Assembly: GCA_044220955.1 (NCBI GenBank)
Contig: JBGAQA010000091.1
Location: forward strand, 1-26,304
Length of the DNA stretch: 26,304 bases
Source of the DNA: Sandaracinaceae bacterium
GTDB taxonomy: Bacteria; Myxococcota_A; Polyangia; Polyangiales; Sandaracinaceae
Direction: 5' to 3'
In this document: positions 19,676-26,304 of the stretch, one piece after another
Position numbering within the stretch: position 1 is the stretch's first letter
Layout: every line of letters starts with the position of its first letter
Made by a program: the position numbers and the translations under genes
Notes under the pieces: generated by a model
What the model was told of the DNA's origin: nothing
Seen by the model: only the letters and a program-made list of their open reading frames with translations
The model's database searches: none

Positions 19676-21064
19676 ATGAACGCGCCCCTGAACAACGAGG
19701 ATCGCACCGGCACGGTCCTGCTCGGGAAGCTGAAGGTCCTGCGCCTGCTCGGGCAGGGCGGCATGGGCCAGGTGTACGAGGTCGAGCACCTGATCACGCG
19801 CCACCGGCGGGCGCTCAAGATCATGCACGCCCGCTACGCGACGTCGACCGAGACGGTCGCGCGCTTCATCCGGGAGGCCGGCGTCGCGGGGACGCTGAAG
19901 ACGGTCCACGTCGTGGAGACCTACGACGCCGGACAGCTCGAGGACGGCTCGCCCTACGTGCTCATGGAGCTGCTGCGCGGCGAGCCGCTCTCGGGCCTGC
20001 TGGAGACGCCCGGGCCGATTCCGTCCGGGCGCCTCGTCGGCATCGTCTGCCAGATGCTCGAGGGCCTGCTCGTGGCGCACGAGGCCGGCATCGTCCACCG
20101 CGACGTGAAGCCCGACAACGTGTTCATCGCGCGCGACGACCGGCAGAACGAGCGCGTGCGCCTGCTCGACTTCGGAATCTCCAAGTTCACGCAGGGAACC
20201 GTCGACTACGCCGGGACGCTCACGAGCGACGGCGCGATGATGGGCACGCCGTTCTACATGTCGCCCGAGCAGGCGTCGGGCGCGCGCACGGTGGACGAGC
20301 GGTCCGACCTCTACTCGGTCGGCGTGATCCTCTACGAGGGCCTCGCGCGCAAGCGGCCCTACGACGCCGTGTCCTTGCCCGCGCTGGTGATCAAGATCCA
20401 CTCGGGCGACCACGTACCGCTCGCCGAGGTCGCGCCCGACCTCGCGCCGGGCCTCGCGGACGTGGTCGAGCGGGCCATGCACGTGAACCCGGGCCTGCGC
20501 TACGCGTCCGCGAGGGACCTGCTCGCGGCGCTCGTGCCCTACGCCGACTCGACCTACGTCGCGTCGATCCACACGATGAAGGAGGCCGCGTCCTCGCCCG
20601 TCGCCGTCACGCTCGGCGCGGCCCCGGGCGTGCGGCAGTCGGCGCTGCAGGTCCCCGGCGCGGGGGCGAGCAAGCCGCCGCCGGCGCCGCGCCCCGGCTG
20701 GGTGATGCCGACGGCGATCGCCGCGGTGGTGACCGCGCTGGTCATCGCGGCCGCGTTCGTCGCGGGGCGGGGCACGGTGCCGGGCGCGCCGCCGACGAGC
20801 GCGCCGCCCACGTCGGTCGCGATCACGCCACCGCCGACGAGCGCGCCGCCGCCGACGCTCGCCGCGCCGCCGACGACGGTCGTCGCCGTGATCCCGCCGC
20901 CGCCGACGAGCGCGCCGCCGACGACGCTCGCCGTCCGGCACCCGCCGCGCACGGGGACCGAGACCGCGCACGAGGATGATCCGCGGCCGCCGCCCACGCG
21001 GACGGGCCACGGGGGGATCATCCGTGATCCGCACGGGGCGGGCGCAGCGTTCGGCGAGCCTTGA
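19676..21064 (+). CDS. Membrane-anchored Hanks-type Ser/Thr protein kinase
   Basis: GQGGMGQVY, ALK, HRDVKPDN, DFG, GTPFYMSPEQ; TM segment followed by a Pro/Thr-rich tail. Confidence 0.95.
   Translation: MNAPLNNEDRTGTVLLGKLKVLRLLGQGGMGQVYEVEHLITRHRRALKIMHARYATSTETVARFIREAGVAGTLKTVHVVETYDAGQLEDGSPYVLMELLRGEPLSGLLETPGPIPSGRLVGIVCQMLEGLLVAHEAGIVHRDVKPDNVFIARDDRQNERVRLLDFGISKFTQGTVDYAGTLTSDGAMMGTPFYMSPEQASGARTVDERSDLYSVGVILYEGLARKRPYDAVSLPALVIKIHSGDHVPLAEVAPDLAPGLADVVERAMHVNPGLRYASARDLLAALVPYADSTYVASIHTMKEAASSPVAVTLGAAPGVRQSALQVPGAGASKPPPAPRPGWVMPTAIAAVVTALVIAAAFVAGRGTVPGAPPTSAPPTSVAITPPPTSAPPPTLAAPPTTVVAVIPPPPTSAPPTTLAVRHPPRTGTETAHEDDPRPPPTRTGHGGIIRDPHGAGAAFGEP
20789..20919 (+). repeat. Three in-frame copies of CCGCCGACGAGCGCGCCGCC (PPTSAPP)
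   Basis: Exact 20-mers at 20789, 20831 and 20900 within the kinase tail. Confidence 0.85.
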
Positions 21065-21103
21065 CCCTACCGTTGATCCGCTCGGTGGCCTTTGTTTGTC
21101 CAA

Positions 21104-21305
21104 GGCGTCTTCGACGCGTCCACACACGAACGCGCTCCGCGCATTCGTGAAGAGGCGAGGGCTCCGCCCTCGCGCACCCGCCAGCGCAGTCAGACTCGGG
21201 GAACGCCGCCGATCTGCACGGCCATCGGAGGTGCGCGAGGGGCTTGCCCCTCGCCTGCGCGAAACCGCGGAGCGGTTTCGTGGCCAGTAGCGCGTCGCAG
21301 ACGCC
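21104..21305. repeat. Intergenic inverted doublet of a ~75-nt three-hairpin unit (REP/REPIN/MITE-like)
   Basis: Reverse complement of 21104-21178 aligns to 21230-21305; six stems, five with C-GNA-G triloops on the unit strand. Confidence 0.8.
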
Positions 21306-21386
21306 GCGGCCTGCCCGACTCACGCCCGCCATCACCCCCGGAGAAGCGAGTCGCGAACGGCCCGCGGCGAGCCTATGGTCGCGCCC

Positions 21387-22172
21387 ATGGCGATCCCCTC
21401 CCTCCGTGGTCAGCGCGCCCTCGTGACAGGCGCTTCCTCCGGGCTCGGCGTCGCGTTCGCGAAGGAGCTCGCGGCGGCGGGCGCGCACCTCGTGATCACC
21501 GCGCGCCGCAAGGACCGGCTCGAGTCGCTCGCCGAGGAGCTGCGCGCCGAGCACGCGATCGAGGTCGACGTCGTCGCCGCCGATCTCGGCAAGCCCGAGG
21601 CGGCCCAGGCGCTCTTCGACGCGACCGAGGGGCAGGGCAAGGCCGTCGACGTGCTGATCAACAACGCTGGCTTCGGCACGCGGCAGCCCTTCCTCGAGCA
21701 GACCTGGGACAAGACGCTCGAGGAGATGCAGCTCAACCTCGTCTCGCTCACCGAGCTCAGCAAGCGCTTCGGGCAGAAGATGCTCGGGCGCAAGCGCGGC
21801 GCGATCCTCAACGTGGCCTCGGTCGGCGCGTACCTGCCGACTCCGTCGATGGCCACCTACGGCGCCGGCAAGAGCTACGTGCGCAACTTCACCGAGGGCT
21901 TCGCCGCCGAGGTGGCGGGGAGCGGCGTCCGGGTGTGCTGCCTCTGCCCGGGCGCGACGAGCACCGAGTTCTCGGCGGTCGCCGGCATCGAGCTCCCGTG
22001 GTGGAAGAAGATGGCGTTCATGAGCGCCGAGCGCTGTGCGCACATCGGCCTCGCCGCGCTCTTCCGCGGCCGCCGCAACATCGTCAGCGGGTGGTCCAAC
22101 ACCCTGGCGATGTTCTTCACGCGCTTCGTCCCGCGCCGCTTGCTCGGCGCCCTCGCCGAGCGGGTGCTCTGA
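21387..22172 (+). CDS. Short-chain dehydrogenase/reductase (classical SDR)
   Basis: TGASSGLG, NNAGFG, NVAS, YGAGK, LCPG; TATGGT 7 nt before ATG21387. Confidence 0.93.
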   Translation: MAIPSLRGQRALVTGASSGLGVAFAKELAAAGAHLVITARRKDRLESLAEELRAEHAIEVDVVAADLGKPEAAQALFDATEGQGKAVDVLINNAGFGTRQPFLEQTWDKTLEEMQLNLVSLTELSKRFGQKMLGRKRGAILNVASVGAYLPTPSMATYGAGKSYVRNFTEGFAAEVAGSGVRVCCLCPGATSTEFSAVAGIELPWWKKMAFMSAERCAHIGLAALFRGRRNIVSGWSNTLAMFFTRFVPRRLLGALAERVL

Positions 22173-22207
22173 GCGACGTGTCTGCTCTCGAGACCGGAGG
22201 TGGGGTC

Positions 22208-22470
22208 ATGGGGCGTTGGGCAAGGGTGCTGATCGTCGTGGCCGTGACGGTGTCTTCCGGGCTCGTTGCGGCAGACGTCGGCCTGTACGAGGCCTGCCGC
22301 GGCAACGACGACTGCCCCGGGACGACCTCCTGCATCGGGATCATCAACCCGAGCAACGGACATCGGCGCGAGTTCTGCAGCATGGGGTGCTCCAGCACTG
22401 CGGCCGGGCCGGCGACTCGCCCTGCCACGCCGGGTTCTTCTGCGCCGACGGCATCTGCTATCCGCAGTAG
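22208..22470 (+). CDS. Small secreted Cys-rich protein with a frameshift at ~22393
   Basis: GGAGG SD, signal peptide, C-rich body; one added C (tcc|cag) joins it to HCGRAGDSPCHAGFFCADGICYPQ*. Confidence 0.65.
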
Positions 22471-22490
22471 CCCCGAGGCCGACGGCTTCA

Positions 22491-22571
22491 CGCGCGCGAG
22501 CTCGGCCGCGAGCGCCCGTCCGGTGTACGTCCCGGCGCGCGCGATCCGCGCGGGCGAGCCCTCCGCGACGA
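22491..22571 (-). repeat. Orphan duplicate of the uvrA 3' end
   Basis: 76/81 nt identical to 23431-23511; reads [26 protein letters not shown] versus [26 protein letters not shown]. Confidence 0.92.
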
Positions 22572-22838
22572 GCGACGCGCCACTGCGAGCATCGCGAGCG
22601 CGGAGCGGGCCGCGTCGCCGCGTGGGCGCCACGGTGGATGAGGTGCGATCGCTGCAGCGGCCGTCTCCTGCCCGCTGGTCGGTCGCTCGGGAAACGTCGG
22701 GAGATCGACCTCGGTGAGAATTCACCCTTGTCGAAGGGCGGCGACCCGATCGAAAACCGCGCCCCTCAAATGGAGCGCACCGCGCGATCCATCCTGGCTC
22801 GCGTCGGAGGGCTCTTCTCTGAAGGGTAGGTTGGATCC

Positions 22839-23309
22839 ATGAAGCAGATCGCGCGTTGGGTCGTCTCCGTCGCCGCAGCGTCGCTGCTGCTCACCGGTGC
22901 CGTCGGTTGCTCCCGGCGAGCCGCACTCAATGGCACCTGGACGGGCACCTGCACCCGTCGTGTCGATCGCATCGGCGATCCGACCCCGCCGAGCGACGTC
23001 GACTGCATGGTGACGGTCGCACCCGGCGAGGGCGATCAGGTGACGGTGCACATCGAGGCTTCCCACGGGGAGTTGAGCTGCGACGGGAGCGCGACCATTC
23101 GAGAGCTCGACAACAACGTTGCTCAGGCGTTGGTGACGGCCGCGACCCAGTGTACGCAGATCTGGGGCCGAAGCATGGACTCGTACGGCGGAAGAACGAT
23201 GACGCAGTTCTCCGTTTCCCGCATTGGCGACGGTCCGCAGCTGACTCTCGATGGGGCATTCGGGGGCCCACAAGACACTTTCCAACTTCGCGGAGACCTT
23301 CACCAGTGA
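22839..23309 (+). CDS. Small lipoprotein (156 aa), beta-rich, lipocalin-like GxW motif
   Basis: Lipobox AVGC, LNGTWTG, 4 further Cys; TAGGTT 6 nt before the ATG. Confidence 0.8.
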   Translation: MKQIARWVVSVAAASLLLTGAVGCSRRAALNGTWTGTCTRRVDRIGDPTPPSDVDCMVTVAPGEGDQVTVHIEASHGELSCDGSATIRELDNNVAQALVTAATQCTQIWGRSMDSYGGRTMTQFSVSRIGDGPQLTLDGAFGGPQDTFQLRGDLHQ

Positions 23310-23389
23310 GACACCTCCGCGCTGCATCGAGCGTCCGCTGGTGACGGTGATGGGCTGTCGTCGGCGCGGCGTTCCCAGTACCTCGCGGC

Positions 23390-25885
23390 TCACGCAGGCT
23401 CGACGCGCGGCGCGCGGGGGACGCGCGCGCCGCGCGCGAGCTCGGCCGCGAGCGCGCGTCCGGTGTGCGTCCCGGCGCGCGCGATCCGCTCGGGCGGCCC
23501 CTCCGCGACGATGCGCCCGCCGGCCGCACCGCCCTCGGGGCCGAGATCGATCACCCAGTCGCAGGCGAGGATCACGTCCAGCTGGTGCTCGACCACGACG
23601 ACCGTGTCTCCGCGCTCGACGAAGCGGTTCAGCACCTTGATCAGGCGCGTGACGTCGTCGCGGTGCAGCCCGGTGGTGGGCTCGTCCAGCACGTAGAGCG
23701 TCGGCCCGCTCGCGCTCGCGCCGAGCTCGGCGACGAGCTTGAGGCGCTGCGCCTCGCCGCCGCTGAGCGTGCTCGAGGGCTGGCCCAGCTCGAGGTACCC
23801 GAGCCCGAGCTCGGTCAAGAGCTCGAGCGGACGCGCCACCTTCGGGATCGCCGCCAGCACCCCGGCGGCTTGCTCGATCTCCATGCGCAAGAGCGCGCCC
23901 GCCGACGCGCCGTGGATCGTGGGGGCGAGCGTCTCGCGGGTGAAGCGCATGCCGTCGCACGTCTCGCAGGGCAGGTGCACGTCGGGTAGGAACGCCATCT
24001 CCACGGTCAGGATGCCGTTCCCCTGGCACGTGGGGCAGCGGCCGGCGTGCGCGACGTTGAACGAGAACCGCGAGGCCTCGTAGCCGCGCGCGCGAGCCTC
24101 CGGCGTCTTCGCGAAGAGCCGGCGCAGCTCGTCCCAGACGCCCACGTAGGTGGCGGGCACCGAGCGCGGCGTGCGGCCGATGGGCGACTGGTCGACCATC
24201 ACCGCGCGCTTCAGGGCCGGGGCGCCCTCGAGCCCGTCGACCGGGAGCCCGGGCTGCTCCTGCACCAGGCCCAGGGCATGGCGGACCGCGGGGAGCAACA
24301 TCCGGCGCACGAGCGTGCTCTTGCCCGAGCCCGAGACGCCGGTGACCGCCACCAGCCGGCCGAGCGGAAACGACGCGTCGAGCCCGTCGAGGTTGTGGCC
24401 GCGCGCGCCCCGGACCAACAGCCGGGGACCCTCCGCGCAAGAGCGGCGGACCGGCGGGAGGTCCGGCGGCCGTGCGAGCGACCGGCCCGTGACCGATCCG
24501 GGGCGCGTCGTCACCTCGCTCGGCGAGCCCTCGGCGACGATGACCCCGCCTCTCTTTCCGCCGCCAGGCCCGACGTCGATGACGTGGTCGGCGCTCCGGA
24601 TCACGTCGGCGTCGTGCTCGACGACCAGGATGCTGTTGCCGCGTTCGACGAGCCCGCGCAGCGCCCCGACGAGCTTGCCCGTGTCGCGCGGGTGCAGGCC
24701 GATCGTCGGCTCGTCCAGGACGTAGAGCAGGCCCGTGAGGCCGCTCCCGAGCTGCGCGGCGAGGCGCACGCGCTGCATCTCGCCGCCGCTGAGCGTGTCG
24801 GCGGCGCGGTCGAGGCCGAGGTAGCCCAGGCCCACCTCCTCGAGGAAGGTGAGACGGCGCCGGCACTCGCCGAGCGGCGCCTCGCCGATCTCCGCCTCGC
24901 GCCCGCGCAGCGTCAGCGTCGAGAGCAGCGCGCGCGCGTCCGACACGCTGCGCCCGAGGACCTCGGTGATCGGGCGCCCATCGAGCGTGACGGCGCGCGC
25001 GAGGGGCGAGAGGCGCGTGCCGGCGCACGCCTCGCACGGCGAGAGGATCTCCCGCAGCGTCTTGCCGCGCCCGATCACCTCCGTGAGCGCGCCGCGGCCC
25101 TCGCAATCCGCGCACTGGCCCTGCTTCGTGTTGAAGGAGAAGAAGCGCGGGTCGAGCTCCGGGAAGCCGTCCCCGCAGCTCGGGCAGGCGCGCGTGGTGG
25201 AGACCAGCTGGTCCTCGCCCCTGGCCACGAGCCGGAGCGAGCCGTCGCCGAGGGCCGACGCGCGGCGAACTCCGTCCTCGAGCGCCGCGGGGTTGCCCCG
25301 GATGCGTCCGACGACCACGTCCACCTGGTGCTCCACGAAGCGCTGGAGCGAGGTCCCGGGCGCGAGGGGGCGCAGCACCCCGTCGATGCGGGCCTCGCGG
25401 AAGCCGTCGGCGTAGAGCTTGTCGAGCAGCTCGCGGTGGTGCCCCTTGCGCCCGCGCACGACCGGCGCGAGCACGGCGATCTCGGTCTTCGCGCCGAAGC
25501 GGCGCAGCGCGTCGTCCGCGAGCAGCGACGGGGAGCGCGCGGCGATGGGCACGCGGCACGCGGGGCAGTGCAGGAGGCCCGCACGCGCCCAGAGCACGCG
25601 GAGGTAGTGCGAGACCTCGGTGACGGTCGCGACGGTCGAGCTCGCCCCGCCCCGCGCGAGGCGCTGCTCGAGCGCGACCGTGGGGGGAACGCCCGCGACG
25701 CGATCCACGTGCGGGCGGGGCAGCTGTGGCAGGTACTGGCGCGCGTAGGGAGACAGCGTCTCGAGGTAGCGCCGCTGGCCCTCGGCGAAGACGACGTCGA
25801 ACGCGAGGGTGCTCTTGCCGCTCGACGGCAGACCCGTGAGCCACACCACCACCCCGGGAACGGCGTGCGGCGCGGCGTTCGTCAC
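23390..25885 (-). CDS. uvrA: Excinuclease ABC subunit A-like protein with an atypical, CysC-like N-terminus
   Basis: [18 protein letters not shown], CxxC Zn motifs, FSFN, LSGGE/LDEP twice, [26 protein letters not shown] before GTG25885. Confidence 0.9.
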   Translation of the reverse strand: MTNAAPHAVPGVVVWLTGLPSSGKSTLAFDVVFAEGQRRYLETLSPYARQYLPQLPRPHVDRVAGVPPTVALEQRLARGGASSTVATVTEVSHYLRVLWARAGLLHCPACRVPIAARSPSLLADDALRRFGAKTEIAVLAPVVRGRKGHHRELLDKLYADGFREARIDGVLRPLAPGTSLQRFVEHQVDVVVGRIRGNPAALEDGVRRASALGDGSLRLVARGEDQLVSTTRACPSCGDGFPELDPRFFSFNTKQGQCADCEGRGALTEVIGRGKTLREILSPCEACAGTRLSPLARAVTLDGRPITEVLGRSVSDARALLSTLTLRGREAEIGEAPLGECRRRLTFLEEVGLGYLGLDRAADTLSGGEMQRVRLAAQLGSGLTGLLYVLDEPTIGLHPRDTGKLVGALRGLVERGNSILVVEHDADVIRSADHVIDVGPGGGKRGGVIVAEGSPSEVTTRPGSVTGRSLARPPDLPPVRRSCAEGPRLLVRGARGHNLDGLDASFPLGRLVAVTGVSGSGKSTLVRRMLLPAVRHALGLVQEQPGLPVDGLEGAPALKRAVMVDQSPIGRTPRSVPATYVGVWDELRRLFAKTPEARARGYEASRFSFNVAHAGRCPTCQGNGILTVEMAFLPDVHLPCETCDGMRFTRETLAPTIHGASAGALLRMEIEQAAGVLAAIPKVARPLELLTELGLGYLELGQPSSTLSGGEAQRLKLVAELGASASGPTLYVLDEPTTGLHRDDVTRLIKVLNRFVERGDTVVVVEHQLDVILACDWVIDLGPEGGAAGGRIVAEGPPERIARAGTHTGRALAAELARGARVPRAPRVEPA

Positions 25886-26104
25886 GCGCAGAGCTCCTCG
25901 GCCCAAAGGGGATCGAGGTGCTCGGCCGCGAGGGCGCGCTGCGGGTCACCGTCGGGCGGCCCGCGGAGAACGAGCGTTTCCTGCGCGAGCTCGGGGCGCT
26001 GCTGGCGAGCGCCTAGTCTTCGGTCCGATCGACGAAACCCCCGTCATGGAGGGGAAACGTCGAGCGGATCGATGGTGGCCGCCTTCGTTGCGCTGTTGGC
26101 CGGG

Positions 26105-26129
26105 GCTCCGGCCGGCGAGCGGCCGGAGC
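26105..26129 (-). terminator. Perfect 10-bp hairpin 8 nt after a stop codon
   Basis: GCTCCGGCCG-gcgag-CGGCCGGAGC; no U-tract. Confidence 0.45.
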
Positions 26130-26137
26130 TCGGCCCC

Positions 26138-26304
26138 TCAGCCCTCCCAGCGAAAGCCGGTCCGCGCCGGAGCGGGCGGGAGCGGGCTGGACGGGAGCCC
26201 GGGCGGCGGATCCGGGTCGTTGTAGCCGCCCGGGGCGATGTCGTTCGGCGTGTCGGAGTGGAAGAGCGACGCGAGGTACTGGGCCTGGCCGCGGCCGACC
26301 CCGA
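26138..26304 (-). CDS. 3' end of an unidentified gene entering from the right edge
   Basis: GVGRGQAQYLASLFHSDTPNDIAPGGYNDPDPPPGLP...FRWEG* with high GC3. Confidence 0.55.
   Translation of the reverse strand, partial: GVGRGQAQYLASLFHSDTPNDIAPGGYNDPDPPPGLPSSPLPPAPARTGFRWEG

Noticed and set aside
20789..20919. PPTSAPP repeats as a special system
   Set aside because: Ordinary low-complexity linker of a myxobacterial-type membrane kinase.
16843..20979. 1378-aa ORF and other long Arg/Ala/Pro-rich ORFs (e.g. 22722..25949, 1380..4082, 133..2274)
   Set aside because: Shadow frames of real genes, caused by stop-codon scarcity at high GC.
22491..23511. DGR template/variable repeat pair
   Set aside because: The five mismatches are not adenine-specific on either strand and no reverse transcriptase is in the window.
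24846..24856. AAGGTGAGACG match to repeat A
   Set aside because: Only 11 nt, inside uvrA coding sequence; consistent with chance.

Overview
Very GC-rich chromosomal window whose gene styles suggest Myxococcota, probably Polyangia/Sandaracinaceae-like (inference). Recognisable genes are thrA (aspartokinase-homoserine dehydrogenase), a Hanks-type Ser/Thr kinase, an SDR, an MDR oxidoreductase, two tandem RetSat/phytoene-desaturase-family flavoproteins, a coupled large+small LuxR pair, a PHM-like copper monooxygenase lipoprotein, several secreted or lipoprotein hypotheticals, and a UvrA ORF. The most unusual signals are: (1) a ~200-nt intergenic element made of two inverted copies of a three-hairpin unit with GNA triloops and compensatory changes (21104-21305); (2) a UvrA ORF whose N-terminus looks like adenylyl-sulfate kinase (CysC), joined at the shared Walker A motif; (3) an 81-bp diverged duplicate of the uvrA 3' end bracketing a lone lipoprotein gene; (4) a 44/46-bp hairpin-forming direct repeat bracketing a ~1.9 kb accessory patch. 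Three frameshifts can each be repaired by adding one base to a short homopolymer, which points to sequencing error. I saw no rRNA, tRNA, CRISPR array, integrase or transposase.
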